The translations under genes and the position numbers were made by a program. From Naasia sp. (GTDB lineage: Bacteria > Actinomycetota > Actinomycetes > Actinomycetales > Microbacteriaceae): a stretch of DNA of 64,000 bases. Shown one piece after another: positions 1 through 9,629 of the stretch. Under the pieces are notes generated by a model. The model was not told where the DNA came from, searched no databases, and saw only the letters and a program-made list of their open reading frames with translations. The stretch spans positions 892-64,891 of the forward strand of contig JAODAX010000067.1 of assembly GCA_025463675.1 (NCBI GenBank), in the 5' to 3' direction. Positions within the stretch are counted from its first letter, which is position 1. Every line of letters starts with the position of its first letter.

Positions 1-1469
1 TGACCGAGCGCGCGGGACGCGATCCGCACCGCGGCCCCATGAGCGTCTACGAGATGCACCTCGGCTCCTGGAAGCCGGGGCTCGGCTACCGCGAGGTCGC
101 CGACCCGCTCATCGAATACCTCGAGCACACCGGGTACACCCACGTGGAGTTCCTGCCGCTCGCCGAGCACCCCTTCGGCGGCTCGTGGGGCTACCAGGTC
201 ACCGGCTACTACGCGGCGACGTCGCGCTACGGCCACCCGGACGACCTCCGCTACCTGATCGACCGGCTGCACCAGGCCGGGATCGGGGTGATCGTCGACT
301 GGGTGCCCGCCCATTTTCCGAAGGACGCGTTCGCCCTCGCGAACTTCGACGGCCAGCCGCTCTACGAGCACAGCGACCCGCGCCGCGGCGAGCAGCAGGA
401 CTGGGGCACCCTGGTCTTCGACTTCGGCGAGTCGCACGTGCGCAACTTCCTCGTCGCCAACGCGCTGTACTGGCTTGAGCAGTTCCACGTCGACGGCCTC
501 CGCGTCGACGCCGTGGCCTCGATGCTGTACCTCGACTATTCGCGAACGGAGTGGCTGCCGAACCAGTACGGCGGGCGGGAGAACCTGGAGGCGATCGGCT
601 TCCTCCAGGAGGTCAACGCCACCGCGTACAAGAACTATCCCGGCATCGTGATGATCGCCGAGGAGTCGACGGCGTTCCCCGGCGTCACGGCGCCGACGAG
701 CGCGGGCGGGCTCGGCTTCGGCCTGAAGTGGAACATGGGCTGGATGAACGACTCGCTGCGCTACATGCACGAGGACCCGATGTACCGAGCGCACCATCAG
801 GGCGAGCTGACCTTCTCCTTCGTCTACTCCTTCTCCGAGAACTTCCTTTTGCCGATCAGTCACGACGAGGTGGTGCACGGCAAGGGCTCGCTTCTGAACA
901 AGATGCCGGGCGACCACTGGCAGAAGCTCGCGAACGTCCGCGCCTACCTCGCCTACCAGTGGGCGCACCCGGGCAAGCAGCTGCTCTTCATGGGACAAGA
1001 GTTCGGCCAGCCGTCCGAGTGGAGCGAGGAGCGTGGGCTGGACTGGTGGATCCTCGACCAGCCCGCCCACCAGGGACTGCTCGCGCTCGTGACCCACCTC
1101 AACCGGATCTACCGGGACAACCCGGCGTTCTGGGAGCAGGACGGCCAGTCCGACGCTGGTTTCTCCTGGATCGACGGCGGCGACACCGCCAACAACCTCG
1201 TCTCCTTCCTGCGCTGGGACAGCGCCGGGAACCCGGTAGCGACCGTATTCAACTTCGGCGGCCGTCCCGTCGGCCCCTACCGCGTCGGCTTGCCGCGCGC
1301 CGGGGTCTGGGAGGAGCTGCTCAACACGGACGCGGCCGAATACGGCGGCTCGGGTGTCGGCAACGCCGGCGTCGTGCACGCCGAGGACGTGCCGCATCAG
1401 GGCCAGCCGGCCTCCGCCCTGCTCACCATCCCGCCGCTTGGGGCCCTGTTCCTCCGCCCCCAGCCCTGA
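1..1469 (+). CDS. glgB: 1,4-alpha-glucan branching enzyme, 5'-truncated at the window edge
   Basis: Motifs [33 protein letters not shown] and [12 protein letters not shown]; the frame stays open upstream of position 39 to the window start. Confidence 0.96.
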   Translation, partial: TERAGRDPHRGPMSVYEMHLGSWKPGLGYREVADPLIEYLEHTGYTHVEFLPLAEHPFGGSWGYQVTGYYAATSRYGHPDDLRYLIDRLHQAGIGVIVDWVPAHFPKDAFALANFDGQPLYEHSDPRRGEQQDWGTLVFDFGESHVRNFLVANALYWLEQFHVDGLRVDAVASMLYLDYSRTEWLPNQYGGRENLEAIGFLQEVNATAYKNYPGIVMIAEESTAFPGVTAPTSAGGLGFGLKWNMGWMNDSLRYMHEDPMYRAHHQGELTFSFVYSFSENFLLPISHDEVVHGKGSLLNKMPGDHWQKLANVRAYLAYQWAHPGKQLLFMGQEFGQPSEWSEERGLDWWILDQPAHQGLLALVTHLNRIYRDNPAFWEQDGQSDAGFSWIDGGDTANNLVSFLRWDSAGNPVATVFNFGGRPVGPYRVGLPRAGVWEELLNTDAAEYGGSGVGNAGVVHAEDVPHQGQPASALLTIPPLGALFLRPQP

Positions 1470-1500
1470 TCCGCCCCCCAATTCGGGGCGCAAATGGCGC

Positions 1501-1534
1501 CCGGAGCGCCCGACTTCCTTGCCGGGCGCTTCGG
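1501..1534 (+). terminator. GC-rich hairpin after glgB, possible terminator
   Basis: CCGGAGCGCCCG...CGGGCGCTTCGG inverted repeat ~30 nt after the stop; no U-tract. Confidence 0.4.
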
Positions 1535-1663
1535 GCCGCCGATACATTGAGCGCACCTGAGGCGACTTACCCGAGACTCCGCCGAAGGTCGCGGCTTTAC
1601 CCGAAGCCGCAGTGCACGACCGCCGGTTCCCCCGCCGGTGCCCACCCGAAGGAAGTCCGCCCG

Positions 1664-1723
1664 ATGCTTTCCCTGCTGCCCGCCGCCCCTCCCCCGCTCC
1701 GAGAGAGACTGCCGATCGGCTGA
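1664..1723 (+). other. Candidate 19-aa uORF / leader peptide (MLSLLPAAPPPLRERLPIG)
   Basis: GAAGGAAG at 1648-1655 lies 8 nt before the ATG; contains PPP; upstream of the sugar transferase. Confidence 0.3.
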
Positions 1724-1856
1724 CGCCGACGCCGTCCGCGCACCCGCGCGGATCCCGGTGACCGCTGCGAACCCCTGCGCGGCGCCACCGTTCCCGCACC
1801 CTCTCTCCGGAGCCTGACCGCTCCGATCCTGCCTTCCACCCGAATGGATCAGGTTC

Positions 1857-3341
1857 GTGACCACATCCGTACGCGTCGGCGCCCCGCCGAGCACCTTCAC
1901 CGCCCCGCTGACCCTCGGCTGGGTCCGTCGCTATGCCGCCCGAGTGGGCGTCGGCGACCTCATCACCGTCTCCGCCGCGGTCGGCGGCGCGCATCTGGCG
2001 ACCACCGATGGGGCCAACACGCCGCTCGCGAGCACCGGCCTGCTGCAGGGCACCGTGGTGACTCCGCTGCACGTCGCCCTCACCGTCGCGGTGCTCTGGC
2101 TGCTTGCGCTGCAGATCCTCGACACCCGCGGCGGCCGCATCCTGGGCTCCGGCAGCCTCGAGTACAAGCGCGTCATGCACGCGTCCCTCCTGACGTTCGG
2201 CTTCTCGGTGGCGGGCGCCTTCTTCCTCGACATCGAGGTCTCCGCCGCCTTCCTGGCCGCCATGTTCCTGCTGGGCGGCGGCGGCCTGCTGGTCTCCCGC
2301 TGGCTGTGGCGGCGTTGGCTGATCGCCCAGCGCAGCCGGGGCGGCTACTCCTCCCACGTCGTACTCATCGGGTCGGAGCGCAGCGTGCGCCAGACCGCTC
2401 TCGACCTCGACCGCAATCGGGCCTACGGCTACCGCGTCGTCGGTGTCGGGCTCACCGACGGACCCGACGAGGGCGTGCTCGCGGGCACGGGGCTGCCCAT
2501 CATTGGCGCCATCGACGACGTGCCGATGCTCCTCGACGCCTACGGTGCGGACACCGTCATCGCCACCAACTCCGACCACCTTCCGCCGGAGCGCGTGCGG
2601 GAGATCAGCTGGAACCTGCACCCGCAGCGGCACCAGCTGGTGCTCGCGCCGAGCATCACCGACGTCGCCGGCAGCCGCGTGCACCTGCGTCCGGTCGCCG
2701 GGCTGCCTCTCCTGCACGTCGAGACGCCGCAGTACGAGGGCCCGCAGAAGGCCGCGAAGCGCATCTTCGACTTCACCGTCTCCGCGCTGATCCTCGCCAC
2801 CCTGTTCCCCCTGTTCGCGATCATCGCGGCGCTCATCAAGAAGGCGGACGGCGGGCCGGTGTTCTACTCGCAGGAGCGGGTAGGGCGCGACGGCGAGCCG
2901 TTCCGCATCCTGAAGTTCCGCTCGATGTACGCCGACGCCGACGCCCGCCGGGCGGAGCTGGTGGCTGCGTCCGCGGAGGGCCGGCGGCTGTTCAAGATGG
3001 CGGACGACCCGCGGGTCACTCCCGTCGGCCGGGTGCTGCGCCGGCACTCCCTCGACGAGCTGCCGCAGCTGATCAACGTGCTGCGCGGCGACATGAGCCT
3101 CGTCGGCCCGCGCCCCGCGCTGCCCGAGGAGGTGTCCGATTACAATTCGAAGGAGCGTCGGCGCCTCGCCGTGACCCCCGGAATGTCGGGGCTCTGGCAG
3201 GTGAGCGGCCGCTCGAACCTCGGCTGGGACGATGGCATCCGCCTCGACCTGTACTACGCCGACAACTGGTCCATGATGGGCGACCTCGTCATCCTCTGGC
3301 GGACCGCCCGAACGGTCCTCCGTCCCGACGGCGCCTACTGA
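1857..3341 (+). CDS. Polyprenyl glycosylphosphotransferase (WcaJ/WbaP-like priming sugar transferase)
   Basis: N-terminal TM helices; C-terminal KRIFD, KFRSM, DDPRVT, SLDELPQLINVLRGDMSLVGPRP and PGMSGLWQV motifs. Confidence 0.93.
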   Translation: MTTSVRVGAPPSTFTAPLTLGWVRRYAARVGVGDLITVSAAVGGAHLATTDGANTPLASTGLLQGTVVTPLHVALTVAVLWLLALQILDTRGGRILGSGSLEYKRVMHASLLTFGFSVAGAFFLDIEVSAAFLAAMFLLGGGGLLVSRWLWRRWLIAQRSRGGYSSHVVLIGSERSVRQTALDLDRNRAYGYRVVGVGLTDGPDEGVLAGTGLPIIGAIDDVPMLLDAYGADTVIATNSDHLPPERVREISWNLHPQRHQLVLAPSITDVAGSRVHLRPVAGLPLLHVETPQYEGPQKAAKRIFDFTVSALILATLFPLFAIIAALIKKADGGPVFYSQERVGRDGEPFRILKFRSMYADADARRAELVAASAEGRRLFKMADDPRVTPVGRVLRRHSLDELPQLINVLRGDMSLVGPRPALPEEVSDYNSKERRRLAVTPGMSGLWQVSGRSNLGWDDGIRLDLYYADNWSMMGDLVILWRTARTVLRPDGAY

Positions 3342-3344
3342 GCC

Positions 3345-3640
3345 GGGAGCAGAGCGGGGGCCGGGCAGGCGGCAGCAGGATCGCTCGGGCGCTCATCGCC
3401 GACCCGCGACTGCCTATGCTCGACCAGCCGCCGGCCGGGCTGAGCGAGGAGGAGGCAGATGGCCTTCTCGACCTCGTCCTCGCGCACGGCCACGAAACCG
3501 GCATGACCTGCGTGCTCGTCGAGCACGACGGCGCGCTCGTCATGCACTACGCGACGACGATCGCGGTGCTCTGCGCCGGCCGACTGCTCGCCGTCGGCGG
3601 GCCCGAAGAGATCCAGAAGAACCCGGCAACCTGTTCTCCC
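3345..3640 (+). pseudogene. Remnant of a branched-chain amino acid ABC ATPase (LivG-like C-terminal half)
   Basis: Frame reads IARALIADPRLPMLDQPPAGL...VLVEHDGALVMHYATTIAVLCAGRLLAVGGPEEIQKNP, i.e. a degenerate Walker B and H-loop, with no start or Walker A; boundaries approximate. Confidence 0.75.
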
Positions 3641-3937
3641 ACAAGGGCTGGCCGTTCCCGGAGCTGGTGCTGCCGGGAGACGTCCTCCGCTCCGAGCTAC
3701 CCGCTGCGCCCCCCAGAGCGCACCCGCCAGTTGCGGGACGCGTAGGCGACCATCGCCCACCCCGGCCGGCGGCGGCGAGAGAGGTGCCGATGACGATGGC
3801 GGGGATCGGGACCTGGTCGCCCGGGTCGGCGCCGCGTGCCCGCTCCCGGGCTCCCCCGCGCCCCCGCAACCGCACGCGCGACTGACAAGGCGAGAGGACC
3901 CCCGCTGGCCCCCTCGAACCCTCAGACCCTCAGACCC

Positions 3938-4933
3938 TCAGTAGAGCAGGTTGGTCAGGCGGCGCCGGGCGGCGATCACGCGCGGGTCCTCCGCGCCGCC
4001 GATCTCGAAGTACTCGAGCAGGCGGGTACGCACCGCGGTGCGGCCGGCCGGATCGAGCCGCGGGAAGAGCACGAGGAGCCGGTCGAAGGCGTCCTCGAGG
4101 TGGCCGCCCGAGACGTCCAGGTCGGCGACGTCGAGCTGGGCGTCGAGGTTGTCGGGACCGGCGGCGGCGGCGGACCGGATGGCGTCGAGGGTCTTGTCCT
4201 GCAGGCGCGCGAGCAGGCTGACCTGGGCGAGCCCGGCGACGGCGAGCGCATCCTTCGGGTCCCGGGCGATCGCCGTGCGGTACTCGGCGATGGCGGCCTC
4301 GTAGTCGCCACGCTCGATCGCCGCGTACGCCTCCGCGTGGTGCGGCGGCAGCGGCTCCTCGGCCGGCTCGGCGGATTCGTCGACAGGGGCGCCGTCGACG
4401 ACCGCGGTGCCCGTGATGCCGTTCTGCGCCGCGAGGACCAGCACCTGCTCGAACACGTCGCGGACCTGATCCTCGGGCAGCACCCCGGCGAAGAGGCCGA
4501 GCGGACGCCCGCCCAGCACCGCGGCGACGGTCGGCACCGACTGGGCCTGGAACGCCTGGGCGAGCTGGGGGTTCGCGTCGACATCTACCGTCACGAGCAG
4601 CACCCGTCCGGCGTAGTCGGACACCACGCGCTCGAGCGTCGGCGACAGCTCCTTGCTCGGCTCGGACCACTGGGCCCAGAGGTCCACGATCACGGGCACG
4701 TGGCTGGAGATCTCCAGCACCTGGGCGAAGGTGGCGTCGGAGGCGGCCAGCACGAGGCTCGGCACGGCGACCGCGCCGGCCGACGGCGCTCCCGCGGACA
4801 GGCCCGGCGGCGGACCCGTGGGAGCGCCAGGAGCGCCCCCGGGCCCCGCCGGGCGAGTGCTGCGGTTGACGAGCGGGGACAGGTCGATGGCGCCGCGGAG
4901 GCTGCCCAGGGACGCGGGCGAGGGCATGGACAC
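3938..4933 (-). CDS. Thioredoxin-like / TPR co-chaperone (YbbN/CnoX family)
   Basis: GAIDLSPL N-terminus; Trx fold with no CXXC (WAQWSEPS); TPR-like helices; C-terminal ARRRLTNLLY. Confidence 0.88.
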   Translation of the reverse strand: MSMPSPASLGSLRGAIDLSPLVNRSTRPAGPGGAPGAPTGPPPGLSAGAPSAGAVAVPSLVLAASDATFAQVLEISSHVPVIVDLWAQWSEPSKELSPTLERVVSDYAGRVLLVTVDVDANPQLAQAFQAQSVPTVAAVLGGRPLGLFAGVLPEDQVRDVFEQVLVLAAQNGITGTAVVDGAPVDESAEPAEEPLPPHHAEAYAAIERGDYEAAIAEYRTAIARDPKDALAVAGLAQVSLLARLQDKTLDAIRSAAAAGPDNLDAQLDVADLDVSGGHLEDAFDRLLVLFPRLDPAGRTAVRTRLLEYFEIGGAEDPRVIAARRRLTNLLY

Positions 4934-4938
4934 GGTTG

Positions 4939-6798
4939 TTAGAGCTCCCTTACACCGATCAGAGAGGTAGCGTAGCCGAGCAGCACGACCTGAGTCTCAT
5001 CGCTGGACGGCGGCACGTAGAAGAGCAGCTGGAAGCCATACGTCGACTCCACGCCCTTCTCCGTCGATCCGAGCCCGGAGAGCGCCTTCACCTGACCCTC
5101 GAGATTCACGGTCGCGCCTTCGGCGGTCGGCCGCGCCGTCTCCCGCTCGAGGATGTTGGTGACCACGATCGCACCGGAGTCGTTGCTCGCCATCGCGATG
5201 GTCGCCCCGGTGCCGAGCGCGTTGCTGAACTCCAGCGACGCGGTCGACGGGAAATTGGCCTTCTTGGTGTTCTTGTAGTCCACCCCCACGCGGGTGCGCA
5301 GGCCGTCGGGCTCCGCCTGGAACAGCGGGAAGGCGGGGCTCGCCTCCCCCTGGGCGAGAATGTCGGCGTACTGGGCCCCGACATCGGCGGGCGGCATGGC
5401 CAGCAGCTTCACATCATTGGGCAGCACCGGCGAGCCGACGGTCGGCGGGGCGACCGCCGGGAACGGCACGTTGGCTTGCAGCGGCACCGAGTAGTGGACG
5501 ACGTAGTTGTCCCTCGGCGTCTCCTGACGCAGCAGCACCGCCATAGGAGCCTTCGCCGGGTCCTCGCCGCTGACGACGGCGAGCACGGTGCGCGGCCACT
5601 CGTCGGTCGCCTGCGGCAGGGCGAGCGACACCGTCGCGGCGGGGATCGGCTCCGGAGCGGCGATCCCCCCGTCGGCCCCTCGCATCGTGTAGTTCGCGAG
5701 CCGCTCCTCCAGGGCCGGGCCGGCCATGCGGGTGCGCAGCAGGTCGGCGTTGCGCTCGCCATCGGACTGCGTGACCGTCGCCGACACGCGCTCGACGATC
5801 CGGTCGAGCTGGCCCTCGGTGACCGCGACCGGCACGATCTCCTCCTCGGGCACCGGGCTCGTCGTGACCGTGGGTAGCGGGGCGGGGTCGTCCGCGAAGA
5901 GCGCGTCGACATCCGACGGCGCGCAGCCGGCGAGCAGCGCGGCGGATACCCCGAACCCGGCGGTGACCGCGACCATCCGCCGCGTCGCGCGACGACCCTT
6001 CGCCGTCGTGGTCGGTTCCAGGGCGGGCGGGCGGGGCGTGCGAGGGCGCGGCGCCTGCGGAAGCTTCGGCGGCGACTTGCGACGGGGACCGCGGGTGCGC
6101 CGCATGTGCACGAGCGCCCAGATGTAGAGGGCGAGCCCGACGAGCAGCAGGACGCCGCCGCCGATGATGAGCGGCCCCGCCCAGGGAGTCGAGTGCCGCA
6201 GCGGCCAGCTCACCGTGACCTCGCTCGGCGCCGGCTGCGTGCCGTCGCTCGCAACGAGGAGGGAGATGTCGTCGGGGACGCTCACCGTCCAGGTCAGCGC
6301 ACCCTCCTCGGTGCGCTCCTCGAGCCACAGGTCGCTGCCTGCGGGCGCCGGCCCGGTCGCCTCCGCAGCGGGCGCCTCGGCGGCGGGACTCTCCGCGACC
6401 GGGGTGGCGCCCTCGACAGGGATCTCCCCCCCAGCCGGCGTCTCAGCCGGCGCCTCGTCGGCCGGCTCCGGCTCGACCAGGCGGGATTCCAGCGCCTGCG
6501 TCTCCGCGTCATAGGAAAGCGAGGAATAGGGCTCGTCGCCGAGCCAGGCGATGATGTCGGAGGTGCGCGCGTACGCGACGAACACGGTCCCCTCGCCGTC
6601 CACGCGGACCCGCTGCTGGCCGGGGTTGCTGCCGAGCACGGCGCCGTCGAGGACGGTGAAGGCGGCGCCTGCGTCGGTGTTCACAGTGCTGGTGAGCCGG
6701 TCCGGCGGGGCCAGCCAGGTGCGCTGGGCGATGCCGTACAGGATCATCCCTGCAGCGATGACGAAGGCGACGATGGCGGAAACGAACCGCACGGACAT
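4939..6798 (-). CDS. Conserved membrane protein with 2 TM helices plus an internal lipobox-bearing segment
   Basis: SD GGAAGGAG before ATG 6798; N-terminal TM, second TM (WAGPLIIGGG...), basic linker, then RR...LLAGC. Confidence 0.8.
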   Translation of the reverse strand: MSVRFVSAIVAFVIAAGMILYGIAQRTWLAPPDRLTSTVNTDAGAAFTVLDGAVLGSNPGQQRVRVDGEGTVFVAYARTSDIIAWLGDEPYSSLSYDAETQALESRLVEPEPADEAPAETPAGGEIPVEGATPVAESPAAEAPAAEATGPAPAGSDLWLEERTEEGALTWTVSVPDDISLLVASDGTQPAPSEVTVSWPLRHSTPWAGPLIIGGGVLLLVGLALYIWALVHMRRTRGPRRKSPPKLPQAPRPRTPRPPALEPTTTAKGRRATRRMVAVTAGFGVSAALLAGCAPSDVDALFADDPAPLPTVTTSPVPEEEIVPVAVTEGQLDRIVERVSATVTQSDGERNADLLRTRMAGPALEERLANYTMRGADGGIAAPEPIPAATVSLALPQATDEWPRTVLAVVSGEDPAKAPMAVLLRQETPRDNYVVHYSVPLQANVPFPAVAPPTVGSPVLPNDVKLLAMPPADVGAQYADILAQGEASPAFPLFQAEPDGLRTRVGVDYKNTKKANFPSTASLEFSNALGTGATIAMASNDSGAIVVTNILERETARPTAEGATVNLEGQVKALSGLGSTEKGVESTYGFQLLFYVPPSSDETQVVLLGYATSLIGVREL

Positions 6799-7090
6799 CT
6801 CTCCTTCCGTTCGTCGCGGGCGCGGTGCGTCCGGACCGGAACGGGTCCCGATCATCGTAGGTGGACGGCTCGGGCGAAGGGCCCGGATAGCGCTGTGCGG
6901 ACAGGCGTGTCGTCCGCGGCGAAAAGCGAGGGTCCACGATACCCGCTTCTCCTGCGGCGGCGCTCAGGTTCACCGGATCGGGCGTCGCCGCGCCCCCTCG
7001 TCCTCCCCTGATCGGGGGACGCGCCGGTCTATGCTGACTCCGCGGCGGACGCCGCACGGGACACGGCATGAGGCAGGAGTGACCGGGGCT

Positions 7091-8542
7091 ATGGATGACG
7101 CACAGTTCAGCCCGGCGATGCGCGGCTACAACCGTGAAGAGGTCGACAAGGCGATCAAGGATCTCCGACGCGACCTGATCACGGCCAACACCGCGAGCGC
7201 CGAGGCGACCCGAGAAATCAAGCGTCTCAGCGCTCAGGTCGAGGAGCTCAGTGCAGAGCTCGAGGAGGTCGGCAGCCCGACGTACTCCGGTCTCGGCCAC
7301 AAGCTGGAGAACACGCTCCGCGTCGCCGAGGAGCAGTCGACCCGTGTCATCGCGCAGGCGGACATCGATGCGGAGCGCATCCGCGCCGGCGTGCAGGCCG
7401 AGGTCGACCGCCTCAAGCTGGAGGCGGCCGAGCACGCGGAGCGGACCATCGCCGATGCGCGCGCACGCGCCACCGCCATCCTCGAGTCGGCCCGCTCCGA
7501 GGCCGACGACATGACGACGCGCGCTCAGGACACGGCCGAGCAGGCCCTCCAGGACGCCTCCCGCGAGGCAGCCGCGATCCGCGGCAGCGTCGCCACCGAG
7601 GCCGCCGAGACCCGCGGCACCGTGAAGCGTGAGGTCGCCGCGATCCGCGCCACCGCGGAGCGGGAAGCGGTCGAGCTGCGCCTCGTCGCCGGCCGGGAGA
7701 CCGCCGCCGCCCGCGAGGACGCCGCACGCCTGGCCAGGGAGACCGATTCGGCGCGCGCAGCCCTGGAGCGCGAACTCGCCGCGGCTCGCGACGACGCGGC
7801 ACGCGAGCTGGCCGCCGACCGCCAGGATCTCGCCCGCGAGGTCGCCGAGACGCGCGCCGAACTCGCCCGTGAGATCGAGCTGGCCCGAGCGCAGCTCGCC
7901 GCCGAGATGGACAGCGCCCGCTCCACCCTCGACTCGGACACGGCAACCCGCCGTGCGCTGCTCGACCACGAGGCGGACACCGCGCGCGCCGGACTCGCGC
8001 GGGAGCTCGCCGAGACGCGGGCGGAGTTCGACCGCGCCCAGGCGGAGGCCCGCGCCGAGCTGGCCGACGAACTGGCCGACGAGCGCGCGGTCATCGCCCG
8101 CGAGATCGAGCAGTCCCGGCTCGACCTCGACATCGAGCTCACCGCGCGCCGCGACGAGGCGGAGCGGGAGTACCTGCACCGCCACCAGGAGGCGGTCGCG
8201 CAGACCCAGAAGTACCTCGACGAGGCCAACATGCAGCTCGCGGACGCGGTCCGCAGGGCCGCCGACAAGCGCCTCGAGGCCGACACCCTCGAAATCGCCG
8301 CGGAGCGGGACAGCCGGGTGAAGCGCGAAGAGGCGGCGGAGATCGCCGCCGACCTCGTGCAGGAAGCAGAGGACCGCGCCCGACGGGTGGTCTCGGAGGC
8401 CGAGGAGCGCTCGCGCGCGCTGCTCACCGACGCCGAGGAGCGCCTCGCCGAGATCCGTCACGAGCGCGACGAGGTCGCCGCCTACCTGGAGAACCTTCGC
8501 GGTGTGCTCACGCACGCCGAGAAGGTCGCCGCGGACCGCTGA
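7091..8542 (+). CDS. DivIVA-domain long coiled-coil protein (Scy/FilP-like)
   Basis: FSPAMRGYNREEVD DivIVA motif; GLGHKLENTLRVAEEQ; 11-residue periodic coiled coil; AGGAG upstream. Confidence 0.85.
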   Translation: MDDAQFSPAMRGYNREEVDKAIKDLRRDLITANTASAEATREIKRLSAQVEELSAELEEVGSPTYSGLGHKLENTLRVAEEQSTRVIAQADIDAERIRAGVQAEVDRLKLEAAEHAERTIADARARATAILESARSEADDMTTRAQDTAEQALQDASREAAAIRGSVATEAAETRGTVKREVAAIRATAEREAVELRLVAGRETAAAREDAARLARETDSARAALERELAAARDDAARELAADRQDLAREVAETRAELAREIELARAQLAAEMDSARSTLDSDTATRRALLDHEADTARAGLARELAETRAEFDRAQAEARAELADELADERAVIAREIEQSRLDLDIELTARRDEAEREYLHRHQEAVAQTQKYLDEANMQLADAVRRAADKRLEADTLEIAAERDSRVKREEAAEIAADLVQEAEDRARRVVSEAEERSRALLTDAEERLAEIRHERDEVAAYLENLRGVLTHAEKVAADR

Positions 8543-8552
8543 GCGCACCTCG

Positions 8553-9602
8553 GTGAAGATCCAGAACCCGTTCCGGGTCGGCCTGCTCGCCGGCCTCGGC
8601 GTCCTCCTCGCGGTCACCATCGGCTCGATGGTCGGTCAGCTGTCGACGATCCTCACCTATGTGGCGCTCGCGCTGTTCCTCGCGCTCGGTCTGGAGCCGC
8701 TCGTCGCGACCCTCGAACGCCGCCGGGTGCCGCGCTGGCTTGCGCTGCTGATCGTGCTCGTCGTCGTCGCCGGCGTGCTCGTGGGGGCCGGCTTCGTCAT
8801 CGTGCCGCTCATCGTGCGGCAGGCGGGCGCACTGGTCACCGAGATCGTCGACTACACGAACAGCCTGACCTGGAGCGAATTCGTCGACACGGCCCAGGAG
8901 TTCGCCGGCGAGGGCATCGACGTCCAGCAGATCAGCGACCAGGTCGTCCAATACCTCCAGGAAAATTTCAGCACCATCGGCGGCGGTGTGCTCGCGGTGG
9001 GCGCGGCGATCGTGAGCGGCGTTTTCGGCGCGATCATCGTGCTGATCCTCACCCTGTACTTCGCTGCGTCGCTGAATTCGATCACCCAGGGCCTGTACAA
9101 GCTGGTGCCCGCGACGAAGCGCGCGAAGTTCGCCGACCTCACCGAGCAGATCATGGAGGCGGTCGGCCGCTACGTCGTCGGCCAGGCGTCGCTCGCGCTC
9201 TGCAATGGCATCCTGTCGTTCATCTACCTCAGCATCATCGGCGCCGAGCTGCCCGTGGTGTTCGCCTTCATCGCGTTCCTGTTCTCGCTGGTGCCGCTCG
9301 TCGGAACCCTGTCCGGTTCCGTACTGATCGTGCTCGGCCAGATCCTGCTGCTGCCGGAGTCGCCGCCGACGTGGATCGCCGCGGGCATCTACTACCTGAT
9401 CTACATGCAGGTCGAGGCCTACGTACTGAGCCCGAACATCATGAAGCGGGCGGTCAAGGTGCCCGGCGTGATCGTCGTGATCGCCGCCCTGATCGGCGGC
9501 ACCCTGCTCGGCGTGCTCGGCGCGCTGATCGCCATCCCGGTGGCGGCGGCGATCATGCTCATCGTCGAGCAGATCATGATCCCGCGCCAAGCGGAGCGCT
9601 AG
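8553..9602 (+). CDS. AI-2E family transporter
   Basis: Multi-TM; QVEAYVLSPNIMKRAV and GGTLLGVLGALIAIPVAA motifs. Confidence 0.9.
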   Translation: MKIQNPFRVGLLAGLGVLLAVTIGSMVGQLSTILTYVALALFLALGLEPLVATLERRRVPRWLALLIVLVVVAGVLVGAGFVIVPLIVRQAGALVTEIVDYTNSLTWSEFVDTAQEFAGEGIDVQQISDQVVQYLQENFSTIGGGVLAVGAAIVSGVFGAIIVLILTLYFAASLNSITQGLYKLVPATKRAKFADLTEQIMEAVGRYVVGQASLALCNGILSFIYLSIIGAELPVVFAFIAFLFSLVPLVGTLSGSVLIVLGQILLLPESPPTWIAAGIYYLIYMQVEAYVLSPNIMKRAVKVPGVIVVIAALIGGTLLGVLGALIAIPVAAAIMLIVEQIMIPRQAER

Positions 9603-9629
9603 AAGCCTCGCGACGCGGCGCGCTCGCTG

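Noticed and set aside
3790-3940. Small ORF MTMAGIGTW... (3790-3885) and a CCCTCAGA short tandem repeat
   Set aside because: Low complexity, no motif, and inside a decayed region; cannot be supported as functional
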